Source: Candidatus Latescibacterota bacterium (GTDB taxonomy: Bacteria; Latescibacterota; UBA2968). Taken from it: 64,000 nucleotides of DNA. A model generated the notes under the pieces. The model was given only the letters and a program-made list of their open reading frames with translations. It was not told the DNA's origin and did not search any database. Made by a program: the position numbers and the translations under genes. Where the stretch lies: positions 384,001 to 448,000 of the forward strand of contig OZ242010.1 of NCBI GenBank assembly GCA_965204745.1, read 5' to 3'. Position 1 is the first letter of the stretch. Each line of letters begins with the position of its first letter. This document shows positions 1-9,125 of this stretch, piece by piece.

Positions 1-1174
1 GGTCGCCGAGTCTGTATTCCTCCAACCATTTCGCCAAATCATTCTTGTCGAGACGCCGCATCTCGGTCTGTCCATCGTGCTTTTCGCAGATCACAACGCT
101 CTCCGGCTTGTCCGTCAGCGCATCTACAAGCACATCGGAATGGGTCGTGATGATCAGTTGCGTGCGCTCTGACGCTTCGCACATCAAGTCAGTCAAGGTG
201 GGTAGCAAATCGGGATGCAACCCCAGTTCCGGTTCTTCAATGCAGATCAAGGGCGGCGGTTCGGGATGCAGCAAGATCGCCAACAGACTCAAGTAACGCA
301 ACGTCCCATCCGAGAGACGAGTAGCGGGAATTGAACGGTCGCCTTCTTCTTCCAAAAATAACGCCACTGTGCCGCCCGTCACGGGACAATGCACATCGAC
401 AATGCCATCGAATAACTTGCCCAACGCGCTTAGGAGTTTTCTCTTGTGCGTTCCGTGTAATTGGGATAACACGAGCGGCAGGTTCTCCGCGCCCTCATCT
501 AAAAAATCACTGCGACCGTGCGCGTTGCAGGGTTGGCGTAAATTCGCGCCAGGCCCGAACGACCAGTTCCGATAAATGTGAATGCGCGTGTATTGCTCCC
601 GCAGGCGCCAAAGTGCCCAATATTCAGGAGTGGCAACATGAGCGAGTAGGGAATCTTCCGGTTCAAACCAGCGCGCGAACTCAACAGCACCTGCACGCTC
701 GTTGACCCGGTGCTTCTCCGCCTCTAACGGTGACCACTCGATATCATAAGCCATCTCTGATGCCACGCGCTTGTCTTGAGGAGGACGATAGTAGGATCGT
801 CCTATCCTCTCATCAGAATGTGCTTCGGTGGGTTCGACGCGTTCGTCAACCACCCTGGGGCGACCAACAGGGCCAGCCGATAGGGTCAACGCATGCCGCA
901 GCATGCCGCCCAATCGGTAGTTGACCATCGCCTCCATTGTGATCGCATTTGGCACATCAGGGCCTTTCCACAGCCACTCGCGGATGCCGCCCATGCGCGA
1001 GATGGGTTCCGAGATGCTACGCGGCGCAGCGTGGAACAGCGAGATCGCCTCGAGCAAATTGGACTTGCCCGAACCATTCGGACCGATCAGGACATTCAGC
1101 GGTTGCATCGGCAAGTCGATTCCCTCTGGCCCAAAGGACAAAAGCCCGGAAAACTTCAGTCTGTGAAATAACAT
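1..1174 (-). CDS. AAA/ABC-type ATPase (AAA_21-like), 3'-partial, runs off the window start
   Basis: Not in the ORF track because there is no stop in the window. Hand translation from ATG at 1174 (RBS GAGG) gives MLFHRLKFSGLLSFGPEGIDLPMQPLNVLIGPNGSGKSNLLEA (Walker A). Later come LSDGTLRYL and ICIEEPELGLHPD (signature/Walker B). It ends in frame ...KWLEEYRLGD at the edge. Confidence 0.85.
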   Translation of the reverse strand, partial: MLFHRLKFSGLLSFGPEGIDLPMQPLNVLIGPNGSGKSNLLEAISLFHAAPRSISEPISRMGGIREWLWKGPDVPNAITMEAMVNYRLGGMLRHALTLSAGPVGRPRVVDERVEPTEAHSDERIGRSYYRPPQDKRVASEMAYDIEWSPLEAEKHRVNERAGAVEFARWFEPEDSLLAHVATPEYWALWRLREQYTRIHIYRNWSFGPGANLRQPCNAHGRSDFLDEGAENLPLVLSQLHGTHKRKLLSALGKLFDGIVDVHCPVTGGTVALFLEEEGDRSIPATRLSDGTLRYLSLLAILLHPEPPPLICIEEPELGLHPDLLPTLTDLMCEASERTQLIITTHSDVLVDALTDKPESVVICEKHDGQTEMRRLDKNDLAKWLEEYRLGD

Positions 1175-1252
1175 ATTTACCTCTCGGTCAACGCCCTCGC
1201 GTCTTCAGCCTGGATTATTTTCATAAACCCACGCCTTTGTGCTTCACACAAT

Positions 1253-1281
1253 ACAATAACAGAATGCCCGCTGAAAAGCAA
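1253..1281 (-). promoter_or_regulatory. Putative sigma70 promoter upstream of the AAA ATPase
   Basis: Minus strand reads TTGCTT-17 nt-TATTGT with an extended -10 TG. The equivalent TTACAT-17-TATGTT is in repeat copy 2. Confidence 0.5.
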
Positions 1282-1347
1282 TCTCATCGCCGATCACTTC
1301 GACCACAAACCAAAAGCCCGATAGACAACCGCTCTACCGGGCATTTT
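1256..1347 (-). repeat. Intergenic direct repeat, copy 1 (terminator hairpin plus promoter-like segment)
   Basis: 66/75 nt identical by hand alignment to 8985..9059. Contains the hairpin AAAAGCCCGATAG...TACCGGGCATTTT. Confidence 0.85.
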
Positions 1348-1374
1348 ATTTTTTTTGAATTGGATCGCTAGTGC

Positions 1375-2241
1375 CTACTGACTCAATGCGTCCTCCAAAT
1401 CCGTTAAAAACTCGTCTCCATTCTGTGGTCGTTTCGCAAAGTCATGATAGAGAGAACGATGTAGCAAATGAAAAAGTTTTTGGGGGCCTGTCCAGTCGTC
1501 TTCTGTCACAATGCCAACAGGTTGGCGGCCGGTCACCACGTACCAAAAAATGGCAGCCATTTGAAACACATCAGATGCCTCATCGATTTCATCATTGCAC
1601 CCCAGCCGTCGATTGTGAGCTTCTGGAGAAAGCCAAAATTTCGGCCCAACATTCTGCGCCTCGGGCGTCAAATCTTCTTCACCCGGATTAACAAAAGTAC
1701 AAAGCCCATAATCGCTTAGGAGCCATCGTTCGCCTGCAACCAAAATATTTTCTGGTTTAATATCCCGATGTACTGCCCGCTCATGCAAGGAAGCCAAAGC
1801 ACCTGCAAGACCGCGAAACTGGCCGGCATATCGCTCGTAACTCAACGCCCCTTCTTCGCGCATCACGTCCTGCAAGTTGCCGTCAGCCAATTCCATTGCG
1901 ACAAAGGGTAGTTGATTGTCTCGGGAAGCCTTGTTATGCCTGACGGTCACGCGCCCAGTTCCATGATATCGCGTCAGGTGATCGCCGTGCATTGCTTTGA
2001 GCAACTTTACCTCTCGCAGAAACCGTTTGGTATTTCTCCATCCGGTATTCATAAGGAATTTAATTGCACATTCTTCACCTGTGTTGCGCTGGCGACCACT
2101 GAATACCGCTGCGTTTCCCCCCCGGCCAATCCAGTTTTCAATCTCGTAGGGATCTCCCTCTTCAGTCCGAATTTCGCTTTTCAGGCTGAAAAAATTACCT
2201 CGACGTAAATGAGCCGGATCAAAATAGAGTTGGCTACTCAT
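1375..2241 (-). CDS. Serine/threonine (Hanks-type) protein kinase, kinase domain only
   Basis: GRGGNAAVF glycine loop, AIKF lysine, HRDIKPENIL catalytic loop, DYG (DFG variant), SPE motif. ATGA overlap with the upstream DUF262 gene. Confidence 0.9.
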   Translation of the reverse strand: MSSQLYFDPAHLRRGNFFSLKSEIRTEEGDPYEIENWIGRGGNAAVFSGRQRNTGEECAIKFLMNTGWRNTKRFLREVKLLKAMHGDHLTRYHGTGRVTVRHNKASRDNQLPFVAMELADGNLQDVMREEGALSYERYAGQFRGLAGALASLHERAVHRDIKPENILVAGERWLLSDYGLCTFVNPGEEDLTPEAQNVGPKFWLSPEAHNRRLGCNDEIDEASDVFQMAAIFWYVVTGRQPVGIVTEDDWTGPQKLFHLLHRSLYHDFAKRPQNGDEFLTDLEDALSQ

Positions 2242-3539
2242 CGACGCTCCAAAATTAGCCAGTCATAACGATTCTCAACGCATGAACGGTGAATCCAATC
2301 TGCATTCGAGATTTGATGCACGGTCACAGACTGGGGCCATGCCAACACGCAGTCGGTAAAATCTCCGGAAATTTCTTTATCGCAAACCGGACATGAAAAC
2401 CAAGGTGCTGGACAATAACCATATTCGTCAGCCCTGTTAAGCCCATCCTGCAATCTATAGACCACTTGAGCGCGTCCTTCGAATATTTTAGGGTCAACGG
2501 GAGCCAGTGATTTACCGACATAAGTTCCTACCAATATCGACTTGAGAAAACGATGGCGCCATCGGCGGCTCGATGCGGAGTTTGCTTGCGATACGCATTT
2601 GATAGCGTACTCACTGCAAATTTCCACATCGGACTCTGGACGGATAGTCTCCTGCAAAATCCCCAAGTCCTCTTGTAAAGGCTTTATGTCCTTGTGGTTC
2701 AAGGTTAGCCCTTGCGATACGAACTCGTCTATCACGAGAAACAAAGTGTAAAAGTCCGCTTTCTGCCGAAACCTGCTTCTCGAAATCTCAATGTCGCCAT
2801 CCGAGAATAGAACCCTCAATTCTTGCAAGACCCCGAGAAATCTCGTCTCAATTTCTTTTTTGTGACCAGCATTCCAGTTTGAATATTTGATATAGAAATC
2901 GTCGAGAGATGTTTTTTTGTTTTGTATGCCATCAATCATAGCTGCCAATAATTCTGATACGTACTCGACATCGCCGTATCTACGTCGCGTAGCTGGCGTG
3001 AAAATACCTATTTTGTCAAAATAGTCGTTCACGGCGAGTTCTTCCGAGACTTTCAGAAAGTCGCCGGGAAAATCGGCTCGTCTCAGTTCTTGTTTTCTGA
3101 GGGGCACAGTGTACTTATTGACGCGAGCATATACTTCACGCACTTCCTCGTCTGTCAGTTTTACTGCCTCATTAAAATCAATTTGGTAGCTCAAAAAACT
3201 GTCCTGTGTGTCGGGGTCTAATTCTGAAAAGGTTTTGCCTTTGTTTTTTCCCGTGAACGGATGATTTAACGCGAAGTTGTCTCGAAGAAAATCGAGAATT
3301 GCTGAAATACGCTGTTGACCGTCAATAACCACGCGATACGTGGAACCGTCACGAACAGTATTCGCCAAAAAAATTTTGGGCATTGGGATACGACGCAGGA
3401 TAGTATCCATCAACATGATGCGGGCAGCGGCAGACCACACTCCTCGCCTTTGAAAATCTGGCCGAAGTTCGAGCCGATTGGCTTCGCTCCAGTCTCGAAT
3501 GTCGGAAATAGGATGCGGGCTGGAATTCCAACGAACCAT
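2238..3539 (-). CDS. DUF262 (ParB-like/GmrSD N-terminal) protein with C-terminal Cys-rich, degenerate HNH-like domain
   Basis: PDFQRRGVW, VIDGQQRI and YARVN motifs of DUF262. C-terminal CPVC...NADWIHRSC. RBS AAGGAGG. Confidence 0.85.
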   Translation of the reverse strand: MVRWNSSPHPISDIRDWSEANRLELRPDFQRRGVWSAAARIMLMDTILRRIPMPKIFLANTVRDGSTYRVVIDGQQRISAILDFLRDNFALNHPFTGKNKGKTFSELDPDTQDSFLSYQIDFNEAVKLTDEEVREVYARVNKYTVPLRKQELRRADFPGDFLKVSEELAVNDYFDKIGIFTPATRRRYGDVEYVSELLAAMIDGIQNKKTSLDDFYIKYSNWNAGHKKEIETRFLGVLQELRVLFSDGDIEISRSRFRQKADFYTLFLVIDEFVSQGLTLNHKDIKPLQEDLGILQETIRPESDVEICSEYAIKCVSQANSASSRRWRHRFLKSILVGTYVGKSLAPVDPKIFEGRAQVVYRLQDGLNRADEYGYCPAPWFSCPVCDKEISGDFTDCVLAWPQSVTVHQISNADWIHRSCVENRYDWLILERR

Positions 3540-3558
3540 ATCTACCTCCTTTAGCGAG

Positions 3559-4014
3559 TTATGTCGCTTTGTGATCCCTCAGAATATCGTCAAGTGCGTC
3601 GGAGAGATTCCAGATTGGATCCAAGTCGCCATCGTGTAGCATATCTACAATATGGGGAACGCCTGCTGCTGCCAAGCCATTGGCAATAGCTATCATGCGG
3701 TGCGGATCAGCTACGATTTCCACATTACCCTCAATCGCGATGGCGACGAGCATGATTGCCTGAATGCGCCAACTGTCGCTGTCGAGAACTGAGCCGTCAT
3801 TAAACTTGCGCGGCTTTCGCTCCGACAGATCAACAGGCTTAAGTTGCATTCGCGCTGCAAGCGACAGCCCAACAAACCAGAGATCAACCTTGCGCGGAAA
3901 CGGACTTTGGTCAATGCTGGCGCGACTCGCTGTCTGGCAATAGCGTTCATAATCCGCATCTTGCTCAATAGGTACAACTAACTCAATGCTATCGAATGGG
4001 TTATGGTCTCGCAC
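3559..4014 (-). CDS. Hypothetical protein, positionally PbeD/DndE-like
   Basis: GTG start with RBS GGAGGT. Directly downstream of the CxC ABC ATPase. The assignment rests on position and size only. Confidence 0.55.
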   Translation of the reverse strand: MRDHNPFDSIELVVPIEQDADYERYCQTASRASIDQSPFPRKVDLWFVGLSLAARMQLKPVDLSERKPRKFNDGSVLDSDSWRIQAIMLVAIAIEGNVEIVADPHRMIAIANGLAAAGVPHIVDMLHDGDLDPIWNLSDALDDILRDHKAT

Positions 4015-4037
4015 TGCACTACCTCCGTTCAAGATAC

Positions 4038-6176
4038 TCAGTACATTTCCGTTTCTGATTCTAAATCCATCCGTCGCTGACACAGCGTACATTCTCTGTG
4101 ATGATCGCACTCACACCGTAGCACGGTCCGCTCTTTCACCTGTGGGTCATTGATCAGCATTCGGGGATAGTGTGCCGGATTTGTCAGCGTGATTACTCGT
4201 CCCGCTTCGGCATCCAAAATTTCTTCGCAGTCTGCGATTTCAGAGCGCGTGAGAAACAGAATCAGTTGTGAACTTTCTCGGATAGCAGTCTTAAGCACCG
4301 ATCTCTTGACATAGCCACTCATCATTCCAAGCGGCGTATCAATCACATTGGGGGCTTCGACCTCACTCACCTTTGTTAAAGCGAGGATGAAAGCGAGGGT
4401 CAGTGCCCGCCGGGAAGCACCATTTAGATCGCGATCAGGATTCAATGCCCGATTATTTGGGCCATAGACCAAAATATCAAAATCCCTGCTGATCTCCGCC
4501 TTTTGAATAATTGCGTTCTGTTCGGGATCAGCACCGATCATTTTCAAAAAAATGGTGTTCATTAACCTACTGACCTTAGCGAGTTCTTCAGTTGTGATTC
4601 GGGTATAGGAATTTTCCAGAACTTGCTTGACATCCTGCGTTACTTCCAGTTGAGCTAATATACGCTCTCCTCTTTTCTGCCTCCGGAGTAGGTTATTGCG
4701 GGTTGCACTCAGAGAACTTCTCTCTTTTTCTAATGCTTCAAGTTGGGTTTCGTATCGCATTCGGTCGCCGTAGAATCGGTCGCGTTGTTCTCTATAATCT
4801 CGTATGGTAGCCCTAAGACCCTGAATGTTCGTATCCGGTATATCGTCAAGTTTTGCTTCAAGTGCCCTGCGTTTCTTTCCCAAAGAATCAAATCGGGCCT
4901 CTTGCTCGTCGCGGAGTTTGAAGACTTTGGCATATTTGGCAAGCCAAGGTTCATCCCCGGTAACTCGGTCAGGTTGGAGTGGCTGAGATAAAAAATAAAG
5001 TTCGGTGATTATTCTTTGGAGTTCATCTGCCTTTTGACTCTCATCAATCAGGCATTGGATATGATCTCTTCTGCGCTTGCCATCATCGGCGCGTGGATCC
5101 AGCGATTCACCACAAATACAAGTGGCCCTCTGGAGCCGTTCTTCGAGAACGGGAATTGTCTGGTTGGGGATCTTGCCTTGGTCACGCAACTTATTCAACT
5201 CTCCGAGACTTTGTTGCAATACGGGGGTGAGGAGATCACGCGAAAGCGAAAGGTTGCGAAACAAGTTTGAATGCTCTTTACTCGCTTCCTCTTGCTGTCC
5301 TTTGATCCGCTTGCGCTGCAACTCGGTTTGTTTGATCTCTTGCTTGAGTTCTTCCCTGTTGCCTTTGACCAAGGCGTCCTCGATCTGCTTTTGAATCTCG
5401 GCGTGCTTTTCATCGAACGCTGAAAATTGTGCCTTCGCATCCTCTATCTTTTTTTCATAGCTTGCCGAATCTTCATCTATTTGCTCCAACCGAGTTGCGA
5501 TTTGGGTAAGTTCCTCATTGGCTCCAACATTCTTTGCTGCCTTATTGATCTCAGAAGCGGCCTTTTTTACATGCCCGAGAGCATCCTCAATCACACCAAG
5601 TCCCAACAGAGATCGGATCGCTTTCTCAACGCGCTTGCGCTTGGTACTGACGGTCACAGCTACTTCAATGAAACTCAATGCACGGTCTCCATCGGTAAAA
5701 AACACTTCACGAAGTGCGGGGGGCAGTTCGTCCTCAATGAACGATTCTGGCCATTTAATAGACTCATGTCCGGTATCTGTTACTGTAAATAGTTTTACTT
5801 TTGATGGGGTATGCTCCCATTTAGTGCCGTTTAAGGCCTCAAATGCGGATCGTATAATGAGATAGCGTTGCTTGGTTTCACGCGAGCCCCTTGGGCCTCC
5901 TAACTTCGTTATCTCAAATTCGACCTGTACAGAGATCGGAATCCGGTTGCCATCTGATTCATCCCAGTCAATTGGGTGGAGACGATAATCTTGACGTTTG
6001 CCGGGCAAGGCATTGTCACCGTAGAGTGCCCATTGCAAACCATTCAAAATAGTGGTCTTCCCGGTTTCGTTCTCCGCCCGAATGACTGTCAATTTCTTTG
6101 CCGTATCTGTTGAGAAATCGAGCTTCAAATTCCGCAACAGACGAAAATTTTCAAATTCGGCGCGTATGATCTTCAC
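4038..6176 (-). CDS. SMC/DndD-like ABC ATPase with coiled coil and CxC hook (PbeC-like)
   Basis: FENFR N-terminus, Walker A AENETGKT, FFTDGD, long coiled coil with TCICG, LNGASRR signature, VIDTPLG Walker B/D-loop. Confidence 0.85.
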   Translation of the reverse strand: MKIIRAEFENFRLLRNLKLDFSTDTAKKLTVIRAENETGKTTILNGLQWALYGDNALPGKRQDYRLHPIDWDESDGNRIPISVQVEFEITKLGGPRGSRETKQRYLIIRSAFEALNGTKWEHTPSKVKLFTVTDTGHESIKWPESFIEDELPPALREVFFTDGDRALSFIEVAVTVSTKRKRVEKAIRSLLGLGVIEDALGHVKKAASEINKAAKNVGANEELTQIATRLEQIDEDSASYEKKIEDAKAQFSAFDEKHAEIQKQIEDALVKGNREELKQEIKQTELQRKRIKGQQEEASKEHSNLFRNLSLSRDLLTPVLQQSLGELNKLRDQGKIPNQTIPVLEERLQRATCICGESLDPRADDGKRRRDHIQCLIDESQKADELQRIITELYFLSQPLQPDRVTGDEPWLAKYAKVFKLRDEQEARFDSLGKKRRALEAKLDDIPDTNIQGLRATIRDYREQRDRFYGDRMRYETQLEALEKERSSLSATRNNLLRRQKRGERILAQLEVTQDVKQVLENSYTRITTEELAKVSRLMNTIFLKMIGADPEQNAIIQKAEISRDFDILVYGPNNRALNPDRDLNGASRRALTLAFILALTKVSEVEAPNVIDTPLGMMSGYVKRSVLKTAIRESSQLILFLTRSEIADCEEILDAEAGRVITLTNPAHYPRMLINDPQVKERTVLRCECDHHRECTLCQRRMDLESETEMY

Positions 6177-6187
6177 TTGATACCCTC

Positions 6188-6412
6188 CTATTTGGTTTGG
6201 TTTCGCTTTTCTGCGAGAAAATGACCAGCCGCGTTGAACTTGTCATTTATCTTCTTCTGAATATACGTCCCCGCGATGATGTGCTCTCTTTCATATTGAA
6301 TGATGTCGGAGATCACTTCGATCATCTCTTCCTTATATCCGTCGCATCTCTCCTCAATATCTTTACACTCCTCAATAATGATCTTGATGATTTTCCGTTG
6401 GTTGAGCGGCAT
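6188..6412 (-). CDS. Small helical protein, positionally PbeB-like
   Basis: 74 aa with RBS AAGGAG. Lies between the PLD-helicase and the CxC ATPase. Confidence 0.65.
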   Translation of the reverse strand: MPLNQRKIIKIIIEECKDIEERCDGYKEEMIEVISDIIQYEREHIIAGTYIQKKINDKFNAAGHFLAEKRNQTK

Positions 6413-6424
6413 TGTCTCCCTTCC

Positions 6425-8689
6425 TTATGTGAAAACTGCGTTGACGAGTTCATGAATGAGGTTTAAGGGGCCGTCAGCCCGACCAGCATTTCGCGCAAGG
6501 CGGGCAAATTCCCGTATCCGTAAGAGTTCCGAGCGAATCAGAATGCGGCCCTCATCGTCGATATCATCCATATCCGGCGGCAATGCGACAAAGTCGTGAA
6601 TTTCGCTATGCGTCTTGCCAATTTCTCGGCATGTGCGGAGAAGTCGCCCGCGACGTTGCACCCATTGTCGTTCCACTGTGGTGCTTGCGAGGATAAAAGC
6701 CTTTTCAATTTGCGGAATATTCACTCCTTCGTCAAGTACTCGCTTTGCGGTAAGGACGCGGTGTGTGCCTTCCTGAAAGGATTGGATAATGTGCGTTGTC
6801 TCATCGCGGTTCGCTGTCTCTACATGGGTAAGTTGGTGAGAAATTACGCCGTGTTTCTTTAATAGCGCGTTGACAGCGTCGAGTTGTTGCGGTGCCTTAT
6901 CCGAGGCATAAATCAAGGTGTGGCGGAGCGTCCGAAGGTCTTCGCGCATCAAGGCTTTTTCCAAAACGGCAATTTTATTTTTTGCATTTTCCAAGAGTGC
7001 CCGTCGATCCCTCAATAACTTGGTGAGATACTCATCGGGTCCCCCGTCCTCCTGACGCCAAGCATTTGCCTTAATTTTTGCGGTCAAAGCATACCACTCA
7101 TCCATCTCATCCCGCGTGAGTTCTACCGGATGGACATAGTAGTCGTATTCAACGAGACAGCGTCCAATGGCCTCGTTGAGCGTGAACTGAAAAACAACCG
7201 GACCGAAAAACGAAAACAGGGCTTCTGTGCCTTCGACGTCATATTGGCGAATGGGCGTTGCCGAAAGTCCGAGTCTGTAATCAAAGAAAGAGGGTGGATC
7301 GGCAATAAATCCTTCGCTTCCCAAATTGTGTACCTCGTCCGCGATGAGCAAAGTCGCGCAATCAAACTTTTTGACTTCAGTCTTAAACGCGCTATTGCAC
7401 AGCGTGCGGTGAGAAACGACGACAACTTCAACCTCGCTCATTCCATTTCGGAACCGCCGTTTGAGTTTACTGAGTTCCCAGGCCCGTCCGCGTACGCCAT
7501 TCGCCTCGGTCAGATTAATTGCCTTGAGTCCAAAGGGCGCGATCTCATCACACCATTGTTGAATGAGCGGGACATAGGGAGCCGCCACAACAATCAGCAG
7601 TGGTTTGCGTGCTTCATAGAGCCTGTGGGCGCAAATCATGGCTGTGATCGTCTTGCCCGATCCAGTCGCCATTTCCAAGACCCCTTGATGGCCGGCCTCG
7701 CACCAAGCATTTACTGCTTTGCCTTGGTGTTCAAATGGCCCGTCCTCGAATTGGAGATATGAGGGTATCGCAAATGAGCCGTAGGATTTAGAAGATTCCT
7801 CCATGACCGAAAATCTATTTGCTCGGGTATAAAGTGCTCGCAGGTCGGCCTCCGTTGGCGGGATGTTTGAGCGATAGGTTTGCAACAAACGGTCCCGGAT
7901 AGCTCGAGGCATCGCAACGACGATACAATTATCGTCCTTATTTTTCCAAAGCCGCTCGAAATGCTCACAAAACTTTTCTGTGATATAGTGCTGATTGCGA
8001 TCTTCCCACGATTTGGAAATGGAAATTTGCTCAATATTCTTTGCAACACCCGCATAAGTCAGGTTGCTCGATCTGTGTGCTGCAATTACATCATCACTTC
8101 CACGAAAAAGCCAAACCTTTGGATGGAAAAGCGCGTCTTTCATCAGAGCAATTTTGATTTTTACGCGCCCGCTACGCAACAACCACGAAAGACATTTTAG
8201 CGTGTGTTTCTGAATGAGGTCTTCTGTAACAACGATATCTTCTAAAGCGGCACTAGCGATATTTTCAGGAGTGATCACTCCTTTTTCGATAGCGACCTTG
8301 TCTTCGGCCCGGAGAAGGGGACTGATGATCAGGCGAAAACTTTCTTGTGAGCCGTTGACAAAGGTAGCCAACCCTGGAGCTAGCGATGCCAAAACCTCAC
8401 TGGAAAAGAAGCCCACCATACAATCGACTTGGGCAGCCGTTTGAAAACACGGAATAAGCACCTCTTCTGTCACAGGATCATCAGGTAGCATATAGAGCGG
8501 CCTGCTATTGGACACAGCGCGAAGATGCACGCCATCAATCCCTGCCACCTTCAACCCCCTATCAGGTGCCGCTTGGACAACTGATCCGCCAAAGTGCTTG
8601 CGTCCGGGTCCAACTTTTCTCACTTGCAAGGTTCGCAAGTCATACTCTGGCCTCAGTTCATCCTGCAATGTTGTCTCATCCTTCCTCAT
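6425..8689 (-). CDS. PLD(HKD)-nuclease plus SF2 DEAD/DEAH helicase (PbeA-like), with N-terminal BrnA-like antitoxin segment
   Basis: GFFSS, FHPKVWLF...SSNLT (PLD), MATGSGKT, DEVH, SATP, LDEGVNIP, QRRGR. The N-terminus DELRPEYDL resembles BrnA-type antitoxins. Start uncertain. Confidence 0.85.
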   Translation of the reverse strand: MRKDETTLQDELRPEYDLRTLQVRKVGPGRKHFGGSVVQAAPDRGLKVAGIDGVHLRAVSNSRPLYMLPDDPVTEEVLIPCFQTAAQVDCMVGFFSSEVLASLAPGLATFVNGSQESFRLIISPLLRAEDKVAIEKGVITPENIASAALEDIVVTEDLIQKHTLKCLSWLLRSGRVKIKIALMKDALFHPKVWLFRGSDDVIAAHRSSNLTYAGVAKNIEQISISKSWEDRNQHYITEKFCEHFERLWKNKDDNCIVVAMPRAIRDRLLQTYRSNIPPTEADLRALYTRANRFSVMEESSKSYGSFAIPSYLQFEDGPFEHQGKAVNAWCEAGHQGVLEMATGSGKTITAMICAHRLYEARKPLLIVVAAPYVPLIQQWCDEIAPFGLKAINLTEANGVRGRAWELSKLKRRFRNGMSEVEVVVVSHRTLCNSAFKTEVKKFDCATLLIADEVHNLGSEGFIADPPSFFDYRLGLSATPIRQYDVEGTEALFSFFGPVVFQFTLNEAIGRCLVEYDYYVHPVELTRDEMDEWYALTAKIKANAWRQEDGGPDEYLTKLLRDRRALLENAKNKIAVLEKALMREDLRTLRHTLIYASDKAPQQLDAVNALLKKHGVISHQLTHVETANRDETTHIIQSFQEGTHRVLTAKRVLDEGVNIPQIEKAFILASTTVERQWVQRRGRLLRTCREIGKTHSEIHDFVALPPDMDDIDDEGRILIRSELLRIREFARLARNAGRADGPLNLIHELVNAVFT

Positions 8690-8795
8690 AGTCTTGTCTC
8701 TCTCTGCGGGTTGTTTCTCTTGCACTGATCAAACGAATCGCATCCCCTCGTTCGGTGTATGATACGATTAACAAACGACCGCGATTTGATGACGC
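8676..8795 (-). pseudogene. BrnT-family toxin, C-terminal remnant
   Basis: SNRGRLLIVSYTERGDAIRLISARETTRRERQDYEEG matches the RxISAR C-terminal motif of BrnT. The N-terminal half is absent. Its stop overlaps the antitoxin-like start. Confidence 0.7.
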
Positions 8796-8984
8796 TATCG
8801 ACATCATCTGCGGTTTTGGCGACGTACAGCTCTTTGAAAAGCTCAGGCAGTTGTATAAAGTCAAACCTCCTGTGATGTTGAGTATTAAGACGAAATTTCA
8901 CATGCGTTACATTGTTTGCAAAGCAAAGTAACAGATGTATGATGAATCGACAAGCACGCTTGGCAAAACGCAGTGAATTTTAAC

Positions 8985-9073
8985 ATAACAGAATGCCCAC
9001 TGAAATGTAATCTCATCGCCGAGCACCGCTACCACAAACTAAAAGCCCGATGGACAACCCCACCGAGCTTTTT
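8985..9073 (-). repeat. Intergenic direct repeat, copy 2 (terminator plus promoter-like segment)
   Basis: Homologous to 1256..1347. Located ~50 bp downstream of the DGQHR gene stop. Confidence 0.85.
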
Positions 9074-9125
9074 GTATTGTCAATGTTTCAATCTTTCGAG
9101 ACGAGTCCATCCTGATCATTCCGAT

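Noticed and set aside
8790-8901. ORF 8686..8901 as a real gene
   Set aside because: It is short and overlaps the BrnT remnant in another frame. It may be a 5' fragment of an unrelated gene but cannot be identified.
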